From positions 62,001 to 126,000 of IMG/VR virus record IMGVR_UViG_3300043786_000977: a DNA stretch of 64,000 nt; one strand, given 5' to 3'. A program made the position numbers and the translations under genes. Shown here piece by piece: positions 1 to 9,622 of this stretch. The notes under the pieces were generated by a model. The model was given only the letters and a program-made list of their open reading frames with translations, made no database searches and had not been told where the DNA came from. Numbering within the stretch: the stretch's first letter is position 1; each line of letters opens with the position of its first letter.

Positions 1-4
1 GACG

Positions 5-895
5 ATGATCAGCGGCGGCATGAACCTCACAGACGCTTATCCCGGAACCAGTCCAGAGATGTTGTGGCACAACGTCAGATTTGAAACTAATTTCATATAT
101 GTCGTTACCAATGTTACTTATGGAGTTAAACTCGATACAGCCTCTTACAATTCTTGGCTAGAAGCATCGTTGCCGTCTGAGCGTGGAGTTTGGACCACCG
201 ACGGTAAGATGGTGCTGACTGATTACGGTTCAGGGTCGTTTGGTAATGCCACGAATATGTTCCGTGGTGTCGGCACAACGGGAGCAGTGACCAGCGTATC
301 TGCGGACACCAACAAGTACCTGAGGGGTGATGGTAACTGGATAGCAGTTCCGATGGGTCCTGCTGGAACTAACGGAGTTAATGGAACTAACGGCTCTAAC
401 GGTGTGGCCTTCGTGACTATTTCCAATGTGGTAACACTCGCCTCCGGCTCTTCTGCTTATGTGAGCAACGTGGTGGTCGGAACCACGAACCGCCTGACGT
501 TCGGCATCCCTGCCGGTAGGGATGGTGTAATTACTAACAGCGGGTACATGGCCATCACCAACTGGCCGACCGCTGCTGGCATCACCAACATCATCACCTT
601 GGTTCCCGGGTACACCATCTATAACTTAACCGTTACAAATCAACCAACGGTGATTAATTTTGCTTTTTCTAATTCACCAATAGCGAGTCAGGCAGTCAAC
701 TTCGAGTTGGTCTTGAAGCAGACAACCACCAACACGTATATCTATTTACCAGGAACGAATCGGGTGTATTACTTCTCGACCCCCACCACCAACGCAACGG
801 TAGCAAACCAAAGGCATTACTCAAGCTGGCGTGTGTGGATGGAAGGCTCAACCACAAATATCTTCTGCAACCAATGGCTGACGAGGAACCCATGA
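5..895 (+). CDS. Fibre/adhesin-like protein, Thr/Asn-rich, probably 5'-truncated
   Basis: KYLRGDGNW tail-fibre-type motif, short G-X-Y run (GPAGTNGVNGTNGSNG), LTFGIPAG motif typical of collagen-like phage fibres; frame open upstream of 5. Confidence 0.65.
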   Translation: MISGGMNLTDAYPGTSPEMLWHNVRFETNFIYVVTNVTYGVKLDTASYNSWLEASLPSERGVWTTDGKMVLTDYGSGSFGNATNMFRGVGTTGAVTSVSADTNKYLRGDGNWIAVPMGPAGTNGVNGTNGSNGVAFVTISNVVTLASGSSAYVSNVVVGTTNRLTFGIPAGRDGVITNSGYMAITNWPTAAGITNIITLVPGYTIYNLTVTNQPTVINFAFSNSPIASQAVNFELVLKQTTTNTYIYLPGTNRVYYFSTPTTNATVANQRHYSSWRVWMEGSTTNIFCNQWLTRNP

Positions 896-2433
896 TAAAG
901 AAATTCATAGCTCTGGCTTGTTTAACTGCATCTTCGGTGATGGCTGGTTTGCCGTTTAGTCTCGATCCGTTTGGACGGTTGGGCACTTCGGCTTATGTCG
1001 GTGCTACTGGTGGAAGTATCTCGTATAGTTATACAAATGGCACTTACTACAAGATTCACACTTTCACAAGCTCTGGAACTCTGACAGTTACTTCGGGCGG
1101 AACTGTTGATGCTTTGGTCGTGGCCGGCGGTGGAGGTAGTGGGGAAAACGGTGGAGGTGGAGGTGGTGCTGGAGGTTTGGTCTATACTACTACAAATGTC
1201 GTGATGCAGAACTACACCGTAACTGTTGGAGCAGGAGGATTGGTAAACCAGAATGGTAATCAATCTGCATTTGCTTCAATTGCTGCTATTGGCGGTGGTA
1301 GGGGTGGTGGTTTGAATGGTTATGGTGTTAGTGGCGGATCAGGCGGTGGTGGCGGTTCAGCTTACCAGAACACAAATAATTTTATTGGAGGATCAGGATC
1401 GCAAGGAAGCAGTGGCGGAAATGGCAGAATGGGACAATCATCTGCGTCTCAAATCGCAGGTGGAGGCGGAGGAGGTTTCAACAGCGCTGGACTAACACCA
1501 ACAACTGCTCAAGGTGGAAGAGGAGGAGATGGGACAAACTATGTTATAAGTGGTGCCAATGTTTATTATGCGGGTGGTGGTGGTGGTGGTTCTGGCACTG
1601 CAGTTGGAACTGCGGGAGTGGGCGGAGGAGGAACTGGCGGAGGAGGACTGACTAAACCAACTGCAGGCGTGAATGGTACAGGTGGTGGAGCCGGAGGTGG
1701 TGGTAATCCATGGGTAGCTGGAACCAACGGCGGCTCCGGCATAGTCATCGTAAGGTATCCACTTTCAACTCCATCGTATGTGTTCCCATCCGAAATCTCA
1801 GGACTAACTCTATGGCTAGACTCGGCGGATGCAACGACATTAACCACTTCTGGAATTAATGTGACTGAGTGGCGTGACAAATCGGCTACGGCGGCTATCT
1901 TCTCACCCGTAGCGCCTTATTACCCGACCAAGGACGCAAACTTGATCAACAACATAAGTCCGATACTTTTTTACACGGACAATGCGCACCAGATAAAATT
2001 AACCAGTTCTAAAAGCACTACTGTTCAGACAGTTTTCTTAGTGGCTCGTATTGTGGTTCCTTCCACGTTCATAATGTGTGCATTCGGCACACCCAGTGAT
2101 TTTGGCATCCGCACACAAAATTCGAATGAGTGGCGTTTCGCATCCGTGGATATGAACGACTTCGCTTATCCAAACGGCACTTGTTTTGTTAACGGAACAG
2201 CAACGCCGGTAATACCATCTCAATATGCGGCACACATACTTATGATGAGTTCACCGGCAGTGCGTACTATGACACCGGTGGTTGGAAACTATTTTAGAAC
2301 CTATTGGGACGGTCGGCAGTTCGAAGGTAACATTGCAGAAGTTATTGGCTACTCAGGAATACTGTCCACCGCAGATAGGCAAAAAGTTGAGGCGTATCTA
2401 GGCGCGAAATGGGGAATAGCAGTCACTCCTTAA
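892..2433 (+). CDS. Glycine-rich fibre protein with C-terminal LamG/ConA-like domain and N-terminal signal peptide
   Basis: ATGA overlap with upstream stop; MIKKFIALACLTASSVMA; HTFTSSGT...GGSGIVIVRY glycine-rich domain; LWLDSAD...WRDKS...GNIAEVIGY...VEAYLGAKWG domain. Confidence 0.75.
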   Translation: MIKKFIALACLTASSVMAGLPFSLDPFGRLGTSAYVGATGGSISYSYTNGTYYKIHTFTSSGTLTVTSGGTVDALVVAGGGGSGENGGGGGGAGGLVYTTTNVVMQNYTVTVGAGGLVNQNGNQSAFASIAAIGGGRGGGLNGYGVSGGSGGGGGSAYQNTNNFIGGSGSQGSSGGNGRMGQSSASQIAGGGGGGFNSAGLTPTTAQGGRGGDGTNYVISGANVYYAGGGGGGSGTAVGTAGVGGGGTGGGGLTKPTAGVNGTGGGAGGGGNPWVAGTNGGSGIVIVRYPLSTPSYVFPSEISGLTLWLDSADATTLTTSGINVTEWRDKSATAAIFSPVAPYYPTKDANLINNISPILFYTDNAHQIKLTSSKSTTVQTVFLVARIVVPSTFIMCAFGTPSDFGIRTQNSNEWRFASVDMNDFAYPNGTCFVNGTATPVIPSQYAAHILMMSSPAVRTMTPVVGNYFRTYWDGRQFEGNIAEVIGYSGILSTADRQKVEAYLGAKWGIAVTP

Positions 2434-2442
2434 AGGAATTTC

Positions 2443-2473
2443 TTGCTTGCGTTGAAGAATAAAATGGTATAAT
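2443..2473 (+). promoter_or_regulatory. sigma70-type promoter with extended -10
   Basis: TGgTATAAT at 2465-2473; TTGCTT/TTGCGT upstream at non-ideal spacing. Confidence 0.6.
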
Positions 2474-2550
2474 GTAATTATCACAAATCGGGTCAGGCTT
2501 ATTGAGGCAAAGTCTGATTCTAGTTCAAAATGCCTCAGAGGAGTATCAGT

Positions 2551-3555
2551 ATGAAGAAGCTCATGTTGACGTTGGCGATTCTTGTTTCACTCGTTACTGG
2601 ATTGGCTTCTGCTGATCCGGCATCTCGCATTGCAGCCTTTCAAAAGGCGACAGGCGGGACTAACCTCTTGGCGATCCCGTTCGGTGGTACGCCTGGTGCT
2701 ACCACTAACGTACTCAAGGAGTTGGCTGCGGCTGGCTTCACCGATGACGCAGTCATCGCAGCAAGCACACTAACACCCACACATGGTGCAAGCATTACCT
2801 GGGCGCTCAAGGCAGACAAGGCGGACGTGATGACCCTGGAGTTCTGCGACAAATTCTTGGCTCATTGCGAGAACACACCCGTTGCCGGTGTTATACTCGC
2901 AGATCAATTAAAGGGGTTCGTCCCGTTTGACCAGCGCCCGAAGTTCAAGTCCCTATATGAGAAGGGTATAGTAAGGCTACTGTCCTATAATAGCCCGCTA
3001 GTCTATTCGCAGCCTATCAGAGTGAAGCTGCTGACCGAAAAGGCGATTGAGTTCCAAAGCGTAGACTCATTGTTTGGTAACGTTGGCAATATCAACACCC
3101 TGAAGTCCGCAACAATCGAAGAACTGATCGTTCTGCGCCTGGCTCCTGAACTCCGCACTTCCGACGAAGCCCCTCTCATCCTGGAGAAGGCAACGGCTGG
3201 AGCTAAGAAAAAGTTGCGTGCCGAAGGCCGGTCGTTTGTCAGCTATACCACAATCGTGGGCGGCGTCACGAACGTGGTCAACCCCTTGACTGCCAAGCTC
3301 GCTCCCGTGGTCGAGGCACTGAACGCTCCGTTGATGGCCGGGCTCGAAGATGCGCTGGATGCCTGCGGCATTAGAGTTGCAGGCCTGCACGGTCATCGTG
3401 CCGCTATGCAGGCTCTGTCGGACGGATGGACGATTGCCATCTTGGACGGTGAGGTTGCACCTGCCCACCAGGCTCCTTACCTCGCCGCATTGAAGGTGTC
3501 ACTTGGCATTGTCGAATACAATTCGATGATCGCACAGTATAACGGGGAGAAGTAA
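2551..3555 (+). CDS. Secreted hypothetical protein
   Basis: RBS GAGGAG; signal peptide MKKLMLTLAILVSLVTGLASA. Confidence 0.7.
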   Translation: MKKLMLTLAILVSLVTGLASADPASRIAAFQKATGGTNLLAIPFGGTPGATTNVLKELAAAGFTDDAVIAASTLTPTHGASITWALKADKADVMTLEFCDKFLAHCENTPVAGVILADQLKGFVPFDQRPKFKSLYEKGIVRLLSYNSPLVYSQPIRVKLLTEKAIEFQSVDSLFGNVGNINTLKSATIEELIVLRLAPELRTSDEAPLILEKATAGAKKKLRAEGRSFVSYTTIVGGVTNVVNPLTAKLAPVVEALNAPLMAGLEDALDACGIRVAGLHGHRAAMQALSDGWTIAILDGEVAPAHQAPYLAALKVSLGIVEYNSMIAQYNGEK

Positions 3556-3556
3556 C

Positions 3557-4507
3557 ATGAAGAGAGTAACCTTACTGGCGACGGTCGGGTTGCTACTCGT
3601 TACCGCTGCTCGGTCTGATATTCCCCTGGCAGAGCCGGTTTTTATGCCGGACTGCCAGGCTCTCATCAAGATAGAGCCGCTAGGAGTTCCGAGTTGTGAT
3701 CCCCTGCTGACCTATCTATACGCACCTCAATTTCAGGCGATGACAGCAGCACCTCAAAAGGCGTCGGTGGTGTTCCTGCCGCCTGTCTATGCTGCTATGG
3801 GCAAGGCCCCAAGTATAGCGGCAACACTGCCCGTTTATGTGGCAATGGGTGCTGGTGTGTTGGCACAGTCGGTTGCTCCAGAGTATGCTTCTATGTCGGC
3901 GGCGAATAAGGCAGTTGCTGATGCCCCTGTTTACGGTGTAGCTAATACTGGAAGCAAAGCTGTAGCTGATGCTCCTGTTTATGCCTCTGCTTCAACCGGA
4001 AGTAAGGCTGTAGCTGATGCACCTGTTTATACCTCTGCGTCAGCAGGCGGTAAAGCTGTAGCTGATGCTCCTGTTTATGCCTCTGCTTCAACCGGAAGTA
4101 AGGCTGTAGCTGATGCTCCTGTTTACGGTGCAGCTAATACCGGAAGTAAGGCAGTTGCTGATGCCCCTGTTTATGCCAAAGCTAATACCGGCATTCGGAC
4201 TATAGCTGATGCTCCTGTTTATACTAGAGCCAAAGCAGTGTCTGCTTATAAGTTCGGCCAAACCTACGCAGCTATCGGAAGCGGTTCATGGGGAGTAAAT
4301 TCAACTCAACTCCACCCGCTAATGTCCGCTGACGGCGTTGATTACATTAACGATGTCGTCAAACCGACTGGACTGGCGAGGGAGTTCTACCTAAACGCAA
4401 AGAAAGCAAAGGCGGCAGGTGATACTGCAGGAGTGCTACGCTGGACTTCTCTCTATATGCGAGAGCTCGACAGCCAATCAACACGCAGCAACATGCGAAG
4501 GGAGTAG
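3557..4507 (+). CDS. Secreted protein with 16-aa KAVADAPVY repeats
   Basis: Signal peptide MKRVTLLATVGLLLVTAARS; about 7 tandem 16-aa units. Confidence 0.75.
   Translation: MKRVTLLATVGLLLVTAARSDIPLAEPVFMPDCQALIKIEPLGVPSCDPLLTYLYAPQFQAMTAAPQKASVVFLPPVYAAMGKAPSIAATLPVYVAMGAGVLAQSVAPEYASMSAANKAVADAPVYGVANTGSKAVADAPVYASASTGSKAVADAPVYTSASAGGKAVADAPVYASASTGSKAVADAPVYGAANTGSKAVADAPVYAKANTGIRTIADAPVYTRAKAVSAYKFGQTYAAIGSGSWGVNSTQLHPLMSADGVDYINDVVKPTGLAREFYLNAKKAKAAGDTAGVLRWTSLYMRELDSQSTRSNMRRE
3908..4243 (+). repeat. 48-bp coding tandem repeat, about 7 units
   Basis: Recurrent gctgatgcNcctgtttaY core every 48 bp. Confidence 0.9.
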
Positions 4508-4677
4508 TGATGGGCCCGCAAATCAATGTCGTACTGGGTACCACGCACAAGTAGGGATGTCTTGGATTTCGCACGTGAAGAGACCGCGTAGCCCAAGCCT
4601 TAATTATCCCCGTTTTCGCGGTATAACTAATGGTATAGGTGTGATCGTTGCTATCCTAGAAACGACCACATTTTAAC

Positions 4678-6507
4678 CTATACCTGGAGTGCTGACAGAA
4701 CGTCTGCTGGATCGATCTCAACGATAGCCGGCGCACCACCAGATACCATACCACCGCCAAAGGCTGCTGTAGGAATCAGGTCCACCATGGTCGAGTTGAT
4801 TAACCGCATGGCGAGGATACAGGCATAGTCTAAGGCCATACAGAAGTCATCCGGCCGGTTGGGATTACGCATGAAGACACGGTGGGTCAATCCACCGACT
4901 TCAGACACTTCTTCGTACGGCGACAACAAGTCATCCGTGTATATCTTGAACTCGCTTTGGGGTGGGAAAAAGATACGACCGTACTTGATGGCCAGGAACA
5001 GGACCTCGAGCGCTGTTGTTTTATCTACTGTCCATCGGTGCTGACCCAGGGTGGGGCTGTATGAAAATAGCCGGTTCTGACGGACGTACATGATCTGAAC
5101 GACGACGATGCCGAAACGTTGTTCAAGCATTACGTTCTTGTCGAAGCCCATCCCGTAGTCCGCGGCCATCATAGCGCACTTGTAGAACTTGTGTGCCTTG
5201 GCGATTTCAGTAAGTGTTTCGTCAGGGTTAAACCCGATGAAGCGCCGCGCCCATAGGACGTCGACCTTTCCATCACCGCGTACCCCCACGATCGTATGCA
5301 CTGTGAAGGATTGTTGCTCGGCACCGCCCCAGTCAACACCGCTCACGGTAACGACGTAGCGTTTAAGCTGTTCTTGTAGTGTCCCGATAGACGGGAGTGT
5401 GGACTGTCTGTCGATATCTTTCTGGGTAATGATCCGGGCACCCAAGCTATGCGAAATACCCAGCACTTCCTGCATGATGATTGACAAGGGCAGACGCAAG
5501 ACTTTCCGCACGATTTTCTGCCAGTTGTTCGGGTCTTCAACAATGGCCGGTACTACGATCTGCGGGATGTGGTATCCGCGGAACTCGTTCATCCGGTCAG
5601 GGAACGCAGGTACCCATTCCCCAGCGCGTACATTCAAACGGGCATCACAGTAGACACAGTGGATGCCGTCGGCCTGAATCATCTCCAGGGCCTTACCCTC
5701 TTCCGTCGGAAAGTTCCAGGCGGTACAACTCTCGCAACGCATGGCCCATTCACATTGGGCTGACTGCTGCCAGAGTGATTCGATCGTGTTATCTGCCGTC
5801 TTGGCAGTACCCGTGAAACGACGTACACCCCACTTGGAAGCCGTCAAGGATTCCGAGATAATGGGGATGTTATCAACGAGCTGATCTTGTATCTCGTCAA
5901 AATCGATCCGGTCTGCATAAATACCGCGGGCACGATCTGACGATGTTTTTGCATAGGTGAGCTGGATACCGCTGCCGTGGGCGAACGCCTGGTGGTGCAC
6001 GGATTGAATGATCCGTGAGTCAGATAATACGCCTTCCGCTTCCTTCGATTGAAGCTGGCGTGCAAGTTCGCACGAATTAATAGCTTCATCTAAGTAGAGA
6101 ACCGAATAACGTTGAGTCTGTTGTTGTAACGGAGCTACGTACAACAACTGCAACTGTGGAACAGAAATTAAATCAAGTATCTCCGACCGACTGAGGTTCA
6201 GTGACTTTCCTATCTGCCGGCCACACATGAATATCGTGTCCGGAACATAAACATTATCATACATCGGTCGGAACTGTGGATGGTTGTCCAGTGAATACGG
6301 CTTGCCCCTGAGCTTGAATAGCAGGGGAAGTAACTCGGAACGATGGACCTTACGCGCAGCCTGCGCTACGTCCTCTCGTTCTGAATACGCTCTGATACTA
6401 GCTAAATCAGAGAGGGACAACGATGTTTCAGTTATATCAGCTGTGGCGGCGCTCGCTTGCGTCGACCCATGCTGCTGTGTTAGACTATTCTTCGCAGTTG
6501 AATTCAT
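4678..6507 (-). CDS. terL: Terminase large subunit (GpA-like ATPase plus nuclease)
   Basis: Walker A CGRQIGKS, Walker B IDFDEIQD, FTGT coupling motif, CxxC pairs, nuclease GVDWG and PDDFCMA; start placed at ATG 6507 because a promoter covers the longer ORF start. Confidence 0.9.
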   Translation of the reverse strand: MNSTAKNSLTQQHGSTQASAATADITETSLSLSDLASIRAYSEREDVAQAARKVHRSELLPLLFKLRGKPYSLDNHPQFRPMYDNVYVPDTIFMCGRQIGKSLNLSRSEILDLISVPQLQLLYVAPLQQQTQRYSVLYLDEAINSCELARQLQSKEAEGVLSDSRIIQSVHHQAFAHGSGIQLTYAKTSSDRARGIYADRIDFDEIQDQLVDNIPIISESLTASKWGVRRFTGTAKTADNTIESLWQQSAQCEWAMRCESCTAWNFPTEEGKALEMIQADGIHCVYCDARLNVRAGEWVPAFPDRMNEFRGYHIPQIVVPAIVEDPNNWQKIVRKVLRLPLSIIMQEVLGISHSLGARIITQKDIDRQSTLPSIGTLQEQLKRYVVTVSGVDWGGAEQQSFTVHTIVGVRGDGKVDVLWARRFIGFNPDETLTEIAKAHKFYKCAMMAADYGMGFDKNVMLEQRFGIVVVQIMYVRQNRLFSYSPTLGQHRWTVDKTTALEVLFLAIKYGRIFFPPQSEFKIYTDDLLSPYEEVSEVGGLTHRVFMRNPNRPDDFCMALDYACILAMRLINSTMVDLIPTAAFGGGMVSGGAPAIVEIDPADVLSALQV

Positions 6508-6517
6508 ATCGGAATAC

Positions 6518-6546
6518 ACAATACGAGATTGTGGTGCCGATGTCAA
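6518..6546 (-). promoter_or_regulatory. sigma70 promoter for terminase
   Basis: TTGACA-N17-TATTGT on the minus strand, ending 10 nt before ATG 6507. Confidence 0.75.
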
Positions 6547-6564
6547 CACACAAGCGGAGGATAG

Positions 6565-6738
6565 ATGAAAGCAAGCAAATCGCCGTTGGGTTACCAGCGG
6601 TTAAAGGATATCCGAGAGGTTAGACAGTCGCCACTCAGAGATCAACCCCTGACCGCAACGCCGCGGTACGGGATGAAGACTGTCAAATCACATAGAAGAG
6701 GAGAAACGCGAATGAGTAGGTGGTTACGTTATGTTTGA
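6565..6738 (+). CDS. Small basic hypothetical protein (57 aa), not in ORF track
   Basis: GGAGG 4 nt before ATG; MKASKSPLGYQRLKD... Confidence 0.4.
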   Translation: MKASKSPLGYQRLKDIREVRQSPLRDQPLTATPRYGMKTVKSHRRGETRMSRWLRYV

Positions 6739-6874
6739 CGTGCTCATCTGTTTCGGTTTCGCCTCTCTGATCATGCGCTTTAGTAGAGTGCTGACAAAGG
6801 TGGAAGACAACGTCGACCGCACGAGTCAGTTTATCGAATTAGCGCAAAACGAACTCCGTAACAACAAAGCATAA
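6731..6874 (+). CDS. Small membrane protein (47 aa), not in ORF track
   Basis: MFDVLICFGFASLIMRF hydrophobic N-terminus; AGGTGG RBS. Confidence 0.5.
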   Translation: MFDVLICFGFASLIMRFSRVLTKVEDNVDRTSQFIELAQNELRNNKA

Positions 6875-6884
6875 AGGAGGAACC

Positions 6885-7106
6885 GTGTACTGCTCGATTG
6901 TTCTCTTGTCCATAGCCGGCTGGTATTATATCGGTCGGATAATGGCCCTTAACGACGTTACGGAGGGCCAGGTAGTTGCGTTCCGTGATGTCTGCAAGGA
7001 TGCAGTACAACGGTCCGCGGAGTCGAAAACCCAGCGCACACAGGGGCCAAGTCAACCGACGAAGGTTGATGATGGATTGGAGGCGCCTGATGAGTTGGGT
7101 GTATAA
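6885..7106 (+). CDS. Small membrane protein
   Basis: AGGAGG RBS; N-terminal hydrophobic helix. Confidence 0.65.
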   Translation: MYCSIVLLSIAGWYYIGRIMALNDVTEGQVVAFRDVCKDAVQRSAESKTQRTQGPSQPTKVDDGLEAPDELGV

Positions 7107-7130
7107 TGAGGGATGCGAAGGGAGGCGCCA

Positions 7131-7580
7131 ATGGGCATAGGTGGTACACTCATTGTTGGCGGGACTATACTGATAGCCGCTATGGATGGTGGGTTGTCGA
7201 TGCTAGTGCTTGGTGCAGTTACAGGGGGTAGTGCGTATGTAACAACGCGTAAGCGATTCGCACGTCACCCGCGTTCTGTACTGAAGCAGCAGCGTCAGGT
7301 ATTAGAAGGTAATGTGCGTCAGGCTAAGGCCGATGGTGCTACGCCCGACGAATTGAAAGCGCTTCAGCGCGATGTCAAGGTACAGCTTGATGAATTAGGC
7401 AAAGTTGTAGACCAACAGGATTGGGCTAATAAGGAAATGGCTACCGTCGTTGGTGTTGCCAGTTTCGCGTTCCCGATCCTTGGTTTGATAACTGTGGCTG
7501 CTGTAACCAATGACAAGTGGTTACCACGGCTCAAAGTACCAGAATCTAACGATGACGATGCCTGGCCTAAGCTGGGCTAA
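7131..7580 (+). CDS. Membrane protein with coiled coil
   Basis: GGGAGG RBS; hydrophobic segments at both ends. Confidence 0.65.
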   Translation: MGIGGTLIVGGTILIAAMDGGLSMLVLGAVTGGSAYVTTRKRFARHPRSVLKQQRQVLEGNVRQAKADGATPDELKALQRDVKVQLDELGKVVDQQDWANKEMATVVGVASFAFPILGLITVAAVTNDKWLPRLKVPESNDDDAWPKLG

Positions 7581-7657
7581 ACACTACTCGTGGGTTAAAC
7601 CACGGGTGGGCGAGAGATCCCATTCAGGGCTCTCGTTTACATACGAAAAGGAATACC

Positions 7658-8578
7658 ATGTCTGACGATACAAAAGATGCAGTAGTTGATCCCGATCTCA
7701 TTAACCCTGATCCGTTTTGCCCTGTGCGTTTAACACCGATCCGAAATCGAGGCCGCGTCACGGACAAGTACATGATCGAGTTGCAACGCCCCGAAAGTTC
7801 CGAGTGGGCTGATATCGCCGGCGTACGCGCCGTGCATACCGCGAATTACCGGTTGGTTACCAACCAGCAGGTACACACTATGGCAGCCGGTGTCATGACC
7901 CAGACGGGTCTGACTTTCAAGCCGGTACCCACCTGGGGCAGTGGACATTCCAAGAGCCTGCTCTGGAACGGCCGTCACTACCTGGAACGCTGGTACACGC
8001 CGGATGTCAAGGTTGCCACGCCTCACGGTTCAGAGATCATGTTAGGTCTCGAAGTGCGGAACAGTTACGACGGCGCCTGCAAGGTTGGGCTCGCATTCTT
8101 CGCTATGCACTGTGCGTGCAGTAATCAGTTCTACGGCAACAACATCCTCGGTCAACCGTACAACTTCAGTCACATCGGCCAGTCCGGTGAACTGAACGAC
8201 GACATCGCGGGTGCCCTGAATGAACTGCAAGGCAAGGCCGAAGCCTTCGGACGTATCGTACCCACGATGCGGGCGTTGACCGAAGCCAGGGTCGAATCAC
8301 TCGAGGACTTCCTGGACCTGCGGCGGAAGCTGACGACGACAACGGGACTGGAGTTCCGCGATCGTCAGATCCTGGATGAACTCGATGGTCACGGTGTCAC
8401 CAACAAACTCGGTATCGTTGTCGGCAAAGCGTATGGGTCCCCGGATTCGCTCTGGGCACTCGCCAACGCGTTTACAGCCGTTACGACACATGCAGTGGGT
8501 GGACTCCGCGGTCAGGATCAATCCGGCCGTGCGGTAGATTTCCTCGTCGAAGAAGCCAGAAAGAGAATCGCTGCTTAA
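7658..8578 (+). CDS. DUF932/DUF945-like protein
   Basis: NSYDG, CSN and SLWALANAFT motifs. Confidence 0.7.
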   Translation: MSDDTKDAVVDPDLINPDPFCPVRLTPIRNRGRVTDKYMIELQRPESSEWADIAGVRAVHTANYRLVTNQQVHTMAAGVMTQTGLTFKPVPTWGSGHSKSLLWNGRHYLERWYTPDVKVATPHGSEIMLGLEVRNSYDGACKVGLAFFAMHCACSNQFYGNNILGQPYNFSHIGQSGELNDDIAGALNELQGKAEAFGRIVPTMRALTEARVESLEDFLDLRRKLTTTTGLEFRDRQILDELDGHGVTNKLGIVVGKAYGSPDSLWALANAFTAVTTHAVGGLRGQDQSGRAVDFLVEEARKRIAA

Positions 8579-8586
8579 GCAGCCCG

Positions 8587-8619
8587 GGTACCAAGTCCTC
8601 TGACCGAGGGCTTGGTACC
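8587..8619 (+). terminator. Intergenic stem-loop without U-tract
   Basis: GGTACCAAGTCCTC-TGACC-GAGGGCTTGGTACC. Confidence 0.6.
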
Positions 8620-8667
8620 ACCCCTTAATACTGGATACCAACATCCCTTTAGCTATTGGAGAAATAG

Positions 8668-9309
8668 ATGAGTACCAGTGATAGTGATTGCGCGTTTTAT
8701 CCTGCCCCGTTTCAGGTTGATATTGTCGACACCCTTAACCAAGCTGAGATCCTGGCTAAGTTGGAAGAGTGTGGCCGGACTTGTTATAAGAGCGAAGCCA
8801 AGATGGACTCAAATACTGCAGCACCGTTTATACGCAATATCATCAAGCGGGGACACGAATCGGTACTGGAGCATGTCAGCGTTACGGTACGCATCTGGTG
8901 TGACCGCGGTGTAACCCACGAACTCGTGCGCCACCGTATCGCATCTTATTCACAAGAGTCGACGCGCTATTGCGATTACGGATCTAGCCGTATCGTCTGT
9001 ATTTCGCCGCTTAAACACATGACAGAAGCCCAGTATGTCGTATGGGAGCGGGCTATGGAAGCCGCAGCCCGTGCGTATAAAGAACTACGGGCATTGAATT
9101 GTTCTCCGCAGATTGCCAGAAGCGTTCTACCCAACAGTTTGAAGACCGAAATCGTAACAACGATGAATCTACGAGAGTGGCGTTATGTTCTACGGTTGCG
9201 TTCGAGCACCGCGGCACATCCACAAATGCGAGAGTTGATGCAGGAACTCTTGTCTAAATTCCAACAAAAACTACCTGTAATATTCGAGGATATAAACAAT
9301 GAAAGCTAA
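8668..9309 (+). CDS. thyX: FAD-dependent thymidylate synthase
   Basis: GHESVLEH and HELVRHRIASYSQESTRY (RHRx7S signature). Confidence 0.97.
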   Translation: MSTSDSDCAFYPAPFQVDIVDTLNQAEILAKLEECGRTCYKSEAKMDSNTAAPFIRNIIKRGHESVLEHVSVTVRIWCDRGVTHELVRHRIASYSQESTRYCDYGSSRIVCISPLKHMTEAQYVVWERAMEAAARAYKELRALNCSPQIARSVLPNSLKTEIVTTMNLREWRYVLRLRSSTAAHPQMRELMQELLSKFQQKLPVIFEDINNES

Positions 9310-9622
9310 GATCCGCATTGACATCACGCACACGGCACGGGAAGACCAAGTACCAGAAATGGAGTTTACCCGTACATCCATGTTGTCGTTAGAGTTACCT
9401 TTGGATTCTGCTGCCTTCTTGGAGGCCGTGGAAACACTGACGACCAACAACCTGTCGAACATGATCAACCGCCTGTGTGCCCATGTAACGGCTGACGGTG
9501 CTCGTTATGTGGAAGCTATGAAGAAAGCCGGAATCAAACAACCCGAGTTGCCATTCGAAGAACAGGCTGCATTGCCACCAGGAGAACAGGCGGTACTGCC
9601 GGCAGGAGAACAGGGTGCGTAA
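9299..9622 (+). CDS. Hypothetical protein
   Basis: GAGGA RBS; operon packing. Confidence 0.6.
   Translation: MKAKIRIDITHTAREDQVPEMEFTRTSMLSLELPLDSAAFLEAVETLTTNNLSNMINRLCAHVTADGARYVEAMKKAGIKQPELPFEEQAALPPGEQAVLPAGEQGA

Noticed and set aside
1120-1740. GGN-rich stretch as a guide-RNA-like repeat array
   Set aside because: Period-3 glycine codons inside the fibre protein
6624-6684. Ribozyme or riboswitch in the GACAGTC...GACTGTC stem
   Set aside because: No hammerhead CUGANGA/GAAA core or recognisable aptamer; it overlaps a plausible small ORF with an RBS
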